A DNA stretch of 64,000 nt. Origin: Candidatus Saccharimonadota bacterium (GTDB lineage: Bacteria > Patescibacteriota > Saccharimonadia > Saccharimonadales > 2-12-FULL-41-12). Below, one piece after another: positions 1 through 9,003 of this stretch (position 1 is the first letter of the stretch; each line of letters begins with the position of its first letter). Position numbers and translations under genes: made by a program. The DNA lies in NCBI GenBank assembly GCA_022842995.1, contig JALHOM010000003.1:12659-76658 (forward strand). Direction: 5' to 3'. The notes under the pieces are model-generated. The model was not told the origin of the DNA. It did no database searches and worked only from the letters and a program-made list of their open reading frames with translations.

Positions 1-116
1 AGTTGAGGCACCCACACATTCTCGTAACCATTATTCTGAAGGTGCGCCTTCAGCCAGCCAAACCAATTAAGCTCCGGCGAGGCCTTCGTTCCATGTAAAA
101 TCAAAGCATTTTTCAT
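1..116 (-). CDS. alpha/beta serine hydrolase (YdeN/RBBP9-like), first 38 codons only; continues past window edge
   Basis: Own translation of the minus strand from ATG at 116: MKNALILHGTKASPELNWFGWLKAHLQNNGYENVWVPQL. This is the typical N-terminus of the Ser_hydrolase family. Too short to appear in the ORF track. Confidence 0.55.
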   Translation of the reverse strand, partial: MKNALILHGTKASPELNWFGWLKAHLQNNGYENVWVPQ

Positions 117-122
117 AATTCT

Positions 123-345
123 AAACCCATACGGCAACAGGGTTTTGTACGTGAGTACAGTTTGGATTTTTCGCCGAGCATCGCAAATGAGCCGTACCGA
201 GAGTACGGTGAATGCGAAGCAAAAGTACTATACAATATCCTCCCAAACCCAAGGGTTTTGTATATGAGTGTAGTTTGGATATAAATTTGAGCAACGCAAA
301 CGAGTCGTACAAATAGGTACGATGAGTGCGTAGCGGAAAATTTAG
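123..345. repeat. two tandem ~113-nt repeat units, each with a stem-loop
   Basis: agggttttgta occurs at 139 and 252. Hairpin CCGTAC-cgaga-GTACGG (192-208) corresponds to TCGTAC-aaatag-GTACGA (305-322), a compensatory change that keeps the stem. Confidence 0.6.
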
Positions 346-372
346 ATTCAAAATACGCCATATACATAAGCC

Positions 373-1383
373 CTACTTAAATTGCCGTAAAAATTCCAGT
401 TTACCCGAGTTAAAATGCCGTATATCCTCTATCGAATTCCGCATCATAACCATCCGCTCCACCCCAAAACCCCAAGCAAATCCGGTATACACATTCGGAT
501 CAATCCCGGCCATCTTAAGAACATTCGGGTTTATCATGCCGCACCCAACCAGCTCGAGCCATCGTTGTTCCTCTGAATCATCTCTGCGCAAAATCTCCGG
601 TCGCTCAACCGCCATCTCAAAGCTCGGTTCGGTAAACGGGAAGTAAAATGGCTGTAACTTGACCTGCAAATCTTCGGCGAAATACTCCTTGATATACGTC
701 TTCAGAGTGGCAACAAGCATGCCAGCATGAACCCCCTTACTAACGTAAAGCCCCTCTACCTGATGGAAAGTATGTTCATGGGTAGCGTCCAGATCTTCGT
801 TACGGAAAACACGGCCGGGCACCACAAAAGCGATCGGCTGTCCTTCGTCGAGCAAATGCTTATTCTGGCTCAAGATTCGGTTTTGCATGGTACTGGTATG
901 AGCTGGAGCGACCAGGCCTTCTTCGGTCATGAAGGTGTCGTAATCGTCTCGCGCCGGGTGGCCTTCTGGAAAGTTGAGGACCTCAAACATATTGTAGTCA
1001 TTGTCAATTTGGCGAGATTCCAAAACGTAGAAGCCCATCCGGGCAAAAATATCGATAATTCGGTCAATTTCTGCCGTCAGTGGATGAATCGAACCCTCTA
1101 GCGACGTCGTGACCTGAGGCCGACTAGCATAAGACGTATTAACGTCCCACGGCGCCGTGACATCAATAGGCGGACGATTATCTTCTTGTTTCTCTTCGCC
1201 AAGCAATGACTCTAGCTCTTGCCGAAAATCGTTCATCGCCTTGCCGAAAGCTGCTTTTTTATCGGCCGGCATGAGCTTAATCTCTTCAAAGAGACTCTTC
1301 AGCTCAACGCTCTTCATAACCGAACGATCGCCTTCGCTGGCACGCCCGCGAAGCTCGTTCATGACATTCTCGTACTGGTGCAT
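373..1383 (-). CDS. pheS: phenylalanine--tRNA ligase alpha subunit
   Basis: 336-aa ORF with class II aaRS motifs (FRNEDLDATHEHTFHQVEGL, GFAWGFGVERMVM) and PheS-type length and architecture. Confidence 0.93.
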   Translation of the reverse strand: MHQYENVMNELRGRASEGDRSVMKSVELKSLFEEIKLMPADKKAAFGKAMNDFRQELESLLGEEKQEDNRPPIDVTAPWDVNTSYASRPQVTTSLEGSIHPLTAEIDRIIDIFARMGFYVLESRQIDNDYNMFEVLNFPEGHPARDDYDTFMTEEGLVAPAHTSTMQNRILSQNKHLLDEGQPIAFVVPGRVFRNEDLDATHEHTFHQVEGLYVSKGVHAGMLVATLKTYIKEYFAEDLQVKLQPFYFPFTEPSFEMAVERPEILRRDDSEEQRWLELVGCGMINPNVLKMAGIDPNVYTGFAWGFGVERMVMMRNSIEDIRHFNSGKLEFLRQFK

Positions 1384-1432
1384 CTTACTGCCATTGTACC
1401 AGAGGTCACCACGTAAATGGTATAGTTTATTG

Positions 1433-2182
1433 ATCTTATGTACAAGGACTGTCCTTGTACATAAGATTGTTTATAAGATTTATTTTATTAGCTATCCGCA
1501 GGCAGTCCTTTTAAATCGCTCCTAATACGTAAATAACCGCTATGAAATTCCTCTATTTCTCTCGGACTATCAAAGGATCCTTTCCACCATTCAGGTTCCA
1601 GCCAATCAGATTTTTCTTTGCCGACATAATTTCGATAACTTGAATAGGGATAGTTCTTAAATCCTTCTTTACTATCTGCTCCATTTAGATGGATATACCT
1701 AACGATATGCCACCAGTAAGAATCATCTTCAATACATGAGCCTTTATATCTACCCTGGAACAATACCCCACTTCGTTTGTATTTTTTATTGAAATATACA
1801 CTATATCCTGTAGCTACTGACCGCATAAGCCCTGATATTCCTCGATCTGAATATTGATATAAGAGCAGGTGGAAATGATTTGGCATTAAACAATACGCCC
1901 TCAGTTCAACCTGCTCATAAAAATTCTGCCGCCTATAGGTATACCGCTCGGCACACGAGAATAAGCTACTGTCTACTTTTTCAATCTTTTCCGGGGACAT
2001 AAGTGCGTATTTGAGTAAATTTAGAAATACAGAATAGTCTTGATCGTCCTCAAAAATAATTCTTTTATCGACTCCACGATTGTACACATGCCACATCTGA
2101 TCTGGCGCAAATTGTTTTAGAGAATTCCTGCTAGGCATATCATTACCATACTGTACAAGGACTGTCCTTGTACAGTATGGTA
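1433..2182 (-). mobile_element. IS200/IS605-type or REP/RAYT-type unit: Y1 transposase gene flanked by two hairpins with the same core
   Basis: Perfect palindromes at 1433-1467 (35 nt) and 2144-2182 (39 nt) share the core tgtacaaggac-t-gtccttgtaca and bracket ORF 1488-2138. Confidence 0.7.
1488..2138 (-). CDS. HUH/Y1 transposase, IS200-like / REP-associated tyrosine transposase (RAYT)-like
   Basis: 216-aa ORF with HUH motif (CLMPNHFHLLL) and a downstream YIHLN tyrosine region. Size is typical of the Y1_Tnp family. Confidence 0.8.
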   Translation of the reverse strand: MPSRNSLKQFAPDQMWHVYNRGVDKRIIFEDDQDYSVFLNLLKYALMSPEKIEKVDSSLFSCAERYTYRRQNFYEQVELRAYCLMPNHFHLLLYQYSDRGISGLMRSVATGYSVYFNKKYKRSGVLFQGRYKGSCIEDDSYWWHIVRYIHLNGADSKEGFKNYPYSSYRNYVGKEKSDWLEPEWWKGSFDSPREIEEFHSGYLRIRSDLKGLPADS

Positions 2183-2192
2183 GAGTTAAGAT

Positions 2193-2690
2193 ATGCCTAA
2201 CTTCAGTTTTGATATAGTTTCTGACTACGATAAAGCCGAGATGAACAATGTCGTCGAACAGAGCAAGAAAGAAATTTCTTCTCGCTACGATTTCAAGGGT
2301 ACTTCTGCCGAGCTCGATTGGCTAAATAGTGACAAGACCGGTCTAAAAATTATCGGCGATAGCGACTATCAAATCGACGCCATCCTTGATATTATTCGCA
2401 AAAAACTAGCGACACGCGGTTTGAGTCAAAAAGTCCTGGACCTAACCAAAGAACCGACCATCACCAACCTTAAGACCACCAAAGAAGTTACTTTCAAAAA
2501 AGGGATATCTTCAGAAAACGCCAAAAAAGTCACCGCACTCATCCGCGACACCTACCCTAAAGTTAAACCCCAGATTCAAGGCGAAGAAATCCGCGTTACC
2601 TCAGCCAAAAAAGACGAACTACAAGCCGTCATGACGCTCCTACGCGAAGCCAACTTTGACTTCCCGCTCGACTTCACTAACTTCCGCTAA
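2193..2690 (+). CDS. yajQ: YajQ-family nucleotide-binding protein (UPF0234)
   Basis: 165-aa ORF, MPNFSFDIVSDYDKAEMNNVVEQSKKEISSRYDFKG..., full-length YajQ pattern. Confidence 0.88.
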   Translation: MPNFSFDIVSDYDKAEMNNVVEQSKKEISSRYDFKGTSAELDWLNSDKTGLKIIGDSDYQIDAILDIIRKKLATRGLSQKVLDLTKEPTITNLKTTKEVTFKKGISSENAKKVTALIRDTYPKVKPQIQGEEIRVTSAKKDELQAVMTLLREANFDFPLDFTNFR

Positions 2691-3414
2691 TTTTTTACCG
2701 AGTGGCTTGCCTCTTCAGAGCTCGGCACGCTTTACCGCCGAGTACTCGCTTACGAATCACCCCAACCGATGTAGCCCTACCGCACCCGAAAGCCATTCAA
2801 AGCATTGCTGTATTGATACAGTCCGATCTGATTGAAACAAAGTAACACCGTGTTCGTTGCGTAAGTCATTACTGATCGCGCTGCCAAATAATTCTTGGAA
2901 CGAATCTACTGGAGCAATCTGCATAATTTCAGAATATGGACACGGGCCTCTAAACCACCCCGTCGCCGATACAGCAACCTGACAGGCAAGCCTGCCATAT
3001 ACCCAATCTTCTTGTCTACGGTAGGACATTTCTCGACGGATCCCAAACCTTGCAACCGAGCTCAAGCCAAACTGATCAACCTCCTCCCTAGAAACGACTG
3101 CGTCTTACCCACAACCATCGCCAGCTATATCGTAAATTTCAAGTATTCAGTCGGGGCTAGAGACTACTGCCCGCCCTCAAAGACTTTACGCGCAGCACGA
3201 TTGTGCGGATCAAAAAATCTAACCTCCATCGGGTTATAACAGTAGAGATTCTCAAAACCAGCAAGTTAATTGCATGCTCTTACAGACCCAGGAAAATCAC
3301 GAAGAATCAATAATAAGCCCATCTACATCAAAATATGCCGGTGCAAAGGTTATAAAAATCAGCAAACAGCAATAGCTCTCACGCATGTTTACTCAAGATG
3401 AAGCATTCACATGT

Positions 3415-4035
3415 TTACGACAGTCGAACCGAGTCATTATTCACCGAGCAAGATTCGGCCACCTCATGCGCCCGCGCGAGAATAGCCCGGACTGCCAAAA
3501 ACCATGGCTCCTCTGGCGTAAACCCGGGCTTAATCGGTGCTTTGTATCGTTCTCTGTGGGCTAATAAACGGCAACTGTCCGGACCATCATTCGGTAATCG
3601 AATCATCGACACAACTTCATCTTCGTAGAGGGAAAACGGTTCATGAAGGCTAATTGCTATCTCTTCCTGAAAAGGAGTCAAGGGATCTTTTTCTTTGCTG
3701 TAACGATAATAATTCACCACAAAACTAGGTCTAAAAAGAAGATAGCCGGCACCTAGCTGTCTGCAGCCAGCGCGAGAAAGACTAACTCTTCCAATGTCAA
3801 CAAATGACCGTAGTGACTTTGGGAAATATTCAAACTCCGATTCTTCACTTAGAGGAACCCTGAAACCAACTTGAGGAAAATCTTTCCAGCCAAATGAATT
3901 CCCGTCGCTGAAAGGATCGTAGCCCATGCCCTCTAACCAAGGGAGCGACTCAGTCTTAAGATAATCGGACCCCGAATACTTACCCGGATTTCTGTATTTT
4001 GCCATAGGATAAACTCTGTCTTTCAGGTCGCTCAT
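3415..4035 (-). CDS. hypothetical protein (206 aa), no recognised domain
   Basis: Long ORF. Possible sigma70-like promoter on the minus strand just upstream (TTGACT-17-ATAAAT within 4040-4075). Confidence 0.5.
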   Translation of the reverse strand: MSDLKDRVYPMAKYRNPGKYSGSDYLKTESLPWLEGMGYDPFSDGNSFGWKDFPQVGFRVPLSEESEFEYFPKSLRSFVDIGRVSLSRAGCRQLGAGYLLFRPSFVVNYYRYSKEKDPLTPFQEEIAISLHEPFSLYEDEVVSMIRLPNDGPDSCRLLAHRERYKAPIKPGFTPEEPWFLAVRAILARAHEVAESCSVNNDSVRLS

Positions 4036-4132
4036 ATATACTATTTATATATATTTACAGCAAATAGTCAATGCAGGCAAGCAACGTCTTGTCGCATCAC
4101 TGTTTTAATTTCGGGCTGGTGCCGAGAGCAAT

Positions 4133-4417
4133 TTAGCGAGCCGTAGAGCCTTTTTCGATCGTATCCCGGAAGCTGTCTATTACCGGGCCAAGGAGCGGAA
4201 TTTGGTCAAACAAGCCCAAGAACCAGATGAAAATACCTAAAACAAACGTCGCGCCAATCACACCACCGATGGCAAAAAACATTCCCCTAACAAAATTTTC
4301 GGCATAGAGTCGCCGGCGACTGATATAATCATCGGCAAACAATATCTCGAGCGCCTTGGCGACGTCGGCACGGTTTTTACGAATAACGGCCGGATCTTTT
4401 TCTTTCTTTTTTCCCAT
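4133..4417 (-). CDS. small membrane protein (95 aa from internal Met)
   Basis: The ORF track gives 4133-4540, but that start overlaps rmuC. MGKKKEKDP... at 4417 starts 16 nt after the rmuC stop. One clear TM segment (FFAIGGVIGATFVLGIFIWFLGLF). Confidence 0.6.
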   Translation of the reverse strand: MGKKKEKDPAVIRKNRADVAKALEILFADDYISRRRLYAENFVRGMFFAIGGVIGATFVLGIFIWFLGLFDQIPLLGPVIDSFRDTIEKGSTAR

Positions 4418-4433
4418 ACCGCTTATTCTAACA

Positions 4434-5510
4434 CTAATTATCGCTTTGTGGCTTATCCAGGACCAACGGTTCAATACTCGGCGCAATATCGGCAATTTTA
4501 ACCACATCTTTGTCAATCTTCTTAAGTTCCTTGTGAGCATTATTATAATGATTAACGGTTGTACCTAAGCTACCGCCAAGTTTTTGCATAAATTCTTCAT
4601 ACGCCGCCAGGTGCCGACCCAGCTGGCCAACACGCAGCTGAATATCCTTAGCTTGTTCTTCGATCTGCAGACTGCGGAGCCCTTGCATCACCGTCTGTAA
4701 ATAGGCCATAAAACTGGTCGGGCTTACAATGATCACCTTCTTGTCCCGGAAGGCATATTCCAGCAGATCCCGCGCATTGGTATTGGTCTCGCCAACCTTG
4801 TTGATCAGTAAATCATAATATATTGCCTCACTCGGGATAAACATAAAAGCGAAGTCCATGGTGTTTTCGCTTGGCCGAATATATTTGGACGTTTCGTCGA
4901 TGCGTTTTTTGAGATCATTTTTGAAATTTTTGATGAGCACTTCTTTTTTATCTTTGTCTTTTTCTTCAATGAGGCGGTTGTAATTCTCGAGACTAAACTT
5001 ACTGTCGATGGGCAGAACCTTACCTTTGTCTAAAAATATAACCGCGTCAACAATCTCGCCGTTTTTGAACTTATACTGCATCGAAATTCGTTCTGGAGGG
5101 AAGATATTTTCCAGCACAGTCTGGAGATAATACTCGCCAATTCCACCACGTTGCTTGGGGTTCTGGAGGGCATTTTGTAGCATTTTAAGCTCGTCGGCCA
5201 CATTAACCACGCGCTTGTTGGTCTCGTCTAATTTGGTTAAGCGCTCGGTAACATCGGTGACTAACTTGGTGGATTCTTTAAACTGATGCATCAGGCTACG
5301 CTGCATCTGTTCGTTATTGCGATCGAGTCGATCATTTATCTGGGTCCCTAGGCTGTCTTTGAGCTTGGTGATGCTATCTGAAAGCGCGTTGATATCCTGC
5401 TTGATGAGAAGCGAAGAATTATCGCCCTCGGGAGCTTTTTTAACAGACCGGATAAACAGATACACTAAAGCAATATTTAAAACACCCAAAACGACTAACG
5501 CTATTTCCAT
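4434..5510 (-). CDS. rmuC: DNA recombination protein RmuC
   Basis: 358 aa with an N-terminal TM, a coiled-coil and an RmuC nuclease-like C-terminus (FAFMFIPSEAIYYDLL, VIIVSPTSFMAYLQTV). Confidence 0.85.
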   Translation of the reverse strand: MEIALVVLGVLNIALVYLFIRSVKKAPEGDNSSLLIKQDINALSDSITKLKDSLGTQINDRLDRNNEQMQRSLMHQFKESTKLVTDVTERLTKLDETNKRVVNVADELKMLQNALQNPKQRGGIGEYYLQTVLENIFPPERISMQYKFKNGEIVDAVIFLDKGKVLPIDSKFSLENYNRLIEEKDKDKKEVLIKNFKNDLKKRIDETSKYIRPSENTMDFAFMFIPSEAIYYDLLINKVGETNTNARDLLEYAFRDKKVIIVSPTSFMAYLQTVMQGLRSLQIEEQAKDIQLRVGQLGRHLAAYEEFMQKLGGSLGTTVNHYNNAHKELKKIDKDVVKIADIAPSIEPLVLDKPQSDN

Positions 5511-5548
5511 AAGAGGTATTATACGCTACTGGCTACACGGGGATGACG

Positions 5549-6448
5549 TTAATCGGCGTGGTCTTCTTCTTTGGCATGATCATCGGCAGCATGAGAGTCA
5601 GCATCATCGTGAGGCTTGCCCGGTTCGTCTTTGTGCTGGACCTGTGAAGTTTCAGTGGCGTGATCATCGTGACCGTGGTCGATATAACGGTGCGCCAGGC
5701 TAATAGACAACCCCACCACCAAAACACCCACCAGCAGCATAATTGGCTGAACATCAAACAACTTCTTCCGGTTGGCCTGCTTGTGGATAGTCGGAATAAT
5801 GTCACTCATGGCGATGTACAGCAAGAATCCAGCACTAACTCCCAGCAAAATTTCAATCGGAAAGTTCTCTGACGAGCCAACCAAATAAGTCAATACTGCA
5901 GCAGCGGTTGTCGCCAGCGAGCTCATGATATTCACGAGCAGTATCTTCTTGCGTTTCATGCCACGTTCCAAAAGCAAACCGAAGTCGCCAATTTCCTGAG
6001 GAATCTCATGAGCAGCAACAGCCAGTGTGGTAATAATTCCGGTCGGGATTGATATCAAAAAGGCAGCGGCAATCGCTACACCGTCTAGGGCATTATGTAT
6101 CGTATCTCCAGTGATAATCAGACTGGACGACACTTTATTGTGGGCCTCATCTTCTTCGTGGTGGTGATGAAACCAGTGCAGAAATCTTTCGGCCAAAAAG
6201 AAGCCGAGAATCCCGAATAATACACCGTAGAGGACGTTATCGATACTGCCCTCATGAGCCCCTTCTTTGATAAGGTCCAAAAAGACAGTCGCCAGCAAGC
6301 CACCGGCCGCAAACGGCGTAACGTAGCGCACAAGCTTCTTCCCATGCTGCTTACTGCCCAATAGTAAAACACCACCGATGAGCGAAATAAGCCCACCAAT
6401 AATCGAAAATATCAAAATGTAAAGTAGTAAATCCATGAACATTACCAT
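5549..6448 (-). CDS. ZIP-family divalent metal (zinc) transporter with His-rich loop and tail
   Basis: Polytopic ORF with HEIPQEIGDFGLL (ZIP signature), HWFHHHHEEDEAH loop and His/Asp-rich C-terminus. Confidence 0.85.
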   Translation of the reverse strand: MVMFMDLLLYILIFSIIGGLISLIGGVLLLGSKQHGKKLVRYVTPFAAGGLLATVFLDLIKEGAHEGSIDNVLYGVLFGILGFFLAERFLHWFHHHHEEDEAHNKVSSSLIITGDTIHNALDGVAIAAAFLISIPTGIITTLAVAAHEIPQEIGDFGLLLERGMKRKKILLVNIMSSLATTAAAVLTYLVGSSENFPIEILLGVSAGFLLYIAMSDIIPTIHKQANRKKLFDVQPIMLLVGVLVVGLSISLAHRYIDHGHDDHATETSQVQHKDEPGKPHDDADSHAADDHAKEEDHAD

Positions 6449-6505
6449 ACGATGGGCGATACTTTATTGCAACATTATCGCAATTTTAATATAATAATCG
6501 CAGTT

Positions 6506-6940
6506 ATGATTAATCTCGACGCCGTTTATTCAGCCAAGCTCAAAGAAGGGGGCCTCAGTAATACCATCCCTCGGCGGACAGTCTTCACTCTCCTCCGTGG
6601 CGCCGACCACAAACCACTCACCATGAATGAGCTCATACGTCTCGCATCTTCAGACTGTGACCGCGCCAGCGTCTATCGAGCAGTCGAGGCACTAGAAAAG
6701 GCCGGCATAATCCATAAGGTACACTACGGCTGGAAATACAGGCTAGAACTCAGCGAAGATTTTCATGGCCACCATCATCATATTGCCTGCAGTAATTGTG
6801 CCAAAATTGTAGCCATTGAAAGCTCAAGCTTGCTAGAAAACGCCCTGCATGAACTCGCTGCAACAAAAGATTTTTCGTTAACAGAACATTCGGTCGAACT
6901 ACGCGGCCTTTGCGGCAATTGCCAAAGCAAAAACCCCTAG
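6506..6940 (+). CDS. Fur-family metalloregulator (Zur-like)
   Basis: Winged-helix N-terminus, HGHHHHIACSNC and CGNC metal-site motifs. Start moved to MINLDAVY (6506) because the track start at 6452 abuts the divergent ZIP gene. Confidence 0.8.
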   Translation: MINLDAVYSAKLKEGGLSNTIPRRTVFTLLRGADHKPLTMNELIRLASSDCDRASVYRAVEALEKAGIIHKVHYGWKYRLELSEDFHGHHHHIACSNCAKIVAIESSSLLENALHELAATKDFSLTEHSVELRGLCGNCQSKNP

Positions 6941-7064
6941 AAAAACATGGAACCCCGGTGATACCGAGGTTCTTGGGAAGCCTCACACTTCCACATGCAT
7001 AATACTGCTGGTTGCTAGCTACGGTCTGTGATAAATCTCACACCCCATGTGCCATTTAAAAGTT

Positions 7065-8894
7065 TTACTTCTGTCGTTTGCGTTTGTTGGGGTCGAGTTC
7101 GCGTTTGCGAAGTCGCAAGTTCGCAGGCGTCACTTCGAGCAGTTCATCGTTTTCGATGAAATCAAGACACTGCTCCAAGCTCAAAATCGTTGGCGGTGTC
7201 AATTGCACCACTCCGTCAGAAGAAGTACTGCGCATATTAGTTAGTTGCTTTGCCTTGCAGACGTTGATCTCCATGTCTTCCTGACGTGTATTTAGGCCAA
7301 TAATCTGACCAGCATACACCTTTTCACCCGGACCAATAAACGTTGTTCCGCGTGCTTCGGCATTTTGCAATGAGTATGGTGTTGTTGTGCCATTTTCGAA
7401 GGCGATTAATACGCCGTTTCTAAGCTGCTGCAACGACTGACCCAGTGGTTGATAGCCAATCATCAAGCTGTGCATGATGATCGTACCCTTGGTGTTCGTC
7501 AGTAAAATTCCTTTTGCTCCAAGCAGTGCCCGGGTTGGCAATTCATAAATAAGCTTGGTTACGCCTTTTGGTGAAGCAAACTGTTCTTTGAGCACCGCTC
7601 GCCGCGAGCCCATTTCCATCTGCGCCGCACCGACATGCTCGGCCGGCACTTCCACGATCAACTCTTCGATCGGCTCTTCTATAACGCCACCGTTATCACG
7701 TGTCACCACTTGAGGGCGACCAACCTCAAATTCATAGCCTTCTCGGCGCATAGTTTCGATCAAAACGCTCAGGTGAAGCTCACCTCTACCCGATACCAAG
7801 AAGCCGATTCCCTCTTCTTCGACACGCAGACCAACGTTAACCTCTAACTCTTTGTCGAGCCGTTCTTTGATTTGGCGAGAGGTGGTAAATTCACCTTCCT
7901 GGCCTTTCATTGGGCTGGTATTTGGCCCAAGGTAAATCTTGAGCGTTGGCGCTTCTACTTCCATAACTGGCAAAGCTTCGGGATTTTCAGCGTCGGCAAT
8001 TGTTTCGCCAATCTGGGCGTCAGCAACGCCGGTCAACTGAACAATATCTCCAGCCACACCTTCAGCGACTTCAAACTTAGAAACTCCGTGGCTCATATAC
8101 ACCTGATCGACTTTTGCTTTAACTGTTTCGCCCGATTTTTGACACAGCGCAACGCTCATCCCAGCTTTTACGCGGCCCCTCGTTATCCGACCAATTGCGT
8201 ACTTTCCTTTGTAACTATCCCACGAAAGAGCAGTTACCAACATTTGAAATGGTTTATCTTGCTCTACCTGAGGCGCTGGAACATGTTCGATAATTGCTGC
8301 AAAAACCGGCTCTAAGTCAGCGCCTGCTACAGGGTCTGAAGGAATATCGTTCCACGCTTTACCCTCACGTCCAATCGCATAGTACACAGGGTAGTGAAGC
8401 TGGTCTTCGTGAACCGCCAGTTCCAAGAACAGATCTGCTAGTTCGTCTTCGACTTCTTTGATTCTGGACCCCGGCTTATCGATCTTGTTAATGATAACGA
8501 TTGGCGTCAGTTCTGCGGCCAAGGCTTTTCCAAGAACGAATTTTGTTTGTGGCATTGGGCCTTCTTGGGCGTCAACAATCAGCAAACAACCATCTGCCAT
8601 GTTAAGCGTTCGCTCAACCTCACCCGAAAAATCCGCGTGACCAGGCGTGTCGATGATATTGATACGGTATTCGCCGTGCTGCACCGCAGTAACCTTGGCA
8701 GTGATAGTAATGCCGCGTTCTTTTTCCTGGTCACCACTATCCATGATGAGGTCTTGGGCCATCTCGGCCTGGTTGTCGCGAAACGTCTGACTTTGCTTCA
8801 GCAGACCATCAACCAGCGTTGTTTTGCCATGGTCAACGTGAGCGATAACAGCGATATTACGAATTTTTGACGGATCTTGAACCGAATTTTGCAC
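7065..8894 (-). CDS. typA: translational GTPase TypA/BipA
   Basis: 609 aa, AHVDHGKTTL, DTPGHADF and NKIDK G-motifs; full-length BipA architecture. Confidence 0.95.
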   Translation of the reverse strand: MQNSVQDPSKIRNIAVIAHVDHGKTTLVDGLLKQSQTFRDNQAEMAQDLIMDSGDQEKERGITITAKVTAVQHGEYRINIIDTPGHADFSGEVERTLNMADGCLLIVDAQEGPMPQTKFVLGKALAAELTPIVIINKIDKPGSRIKEVEDELADLFLELAVHEDQLHYPVYYAIGREGKAWNDIPSDPVAGADLEPVFAAIIEHVPAPQVEQDKPFQMLVTALSWDSYKGKYAIGRITRGRVKAGMSVALCQKSGETVKAKVDQVYMSHGVSKFEVAEGVAGDIVQLTGVADAQIGETIADAENPEALPVMEVEAPTLKIYLGPNTSPMKGQEGEFTTSRQIKERLDKELEVNVGLRVEEEGIGFLVSGRGELHLSVLIETMRREGYEFEVGRPQVVTRDNGGVIEEPIEELIVEVPAEHVGAAQMEMGSRRAVLKEQFASPKGVTKLIYELPTRALLGAKGILLTNTKGTIIMHSLMIGYQPLGQSLQQLRNGVLIAFENGTTTPYSLQNAEARGTTFIGPGEKVYAGQIIGLNTRQEDMEINVCKAKQLTNMRSTSSDGVVQLTPPTILSLEQCLDFIENDELLEVTPANLRLRKRELDPNKRKRQK

Positions 8895-9003
8895 AATAAA
8901 TTACAACTTTCTGAATAAAATAAACATTAACTTTTGCAAATATTTAATTTTATTGTACTAAATACAACCCTGTTTATCAACTTTAGAATCAGCTCGGCGT
9001 CGA

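Noticed and set aside
2691-3240. RNase P RNA (or tmRNA/SRP RNA) on the minus strand, prompted by strings such as GAGAAATGTCC, GGGTGCGGTAGGG and GGCGGTAAAGCG.
   Set aside because: The motifs are not in the order or spacing of the bacterial RNase P conserved regions. The ACAGAA..GGCTTA P4 3' strand is absent. No tmRNA tRNA-like ends or SRP domain IV motif were found. The region is kept only as an unassigned structured region.
4418-4540. Longer version of ORF 4133-4540 (135 aa).
   Set aside because: Its first 41 codons overlap the 3' end of rmuC in another frame and look non-protein-like. The internal Met at 4417 gives a compact gene 16 nt after the rmuC stop.
7047-8870. Multiple plus-strand ORFs inside typA; likewise antisense ORFs inside pheS, the antiporter, the giant gene and the glycosyltransferase genes.
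   Set aside because: They are antisense shadows of well-supported long genes, with no independent signals.
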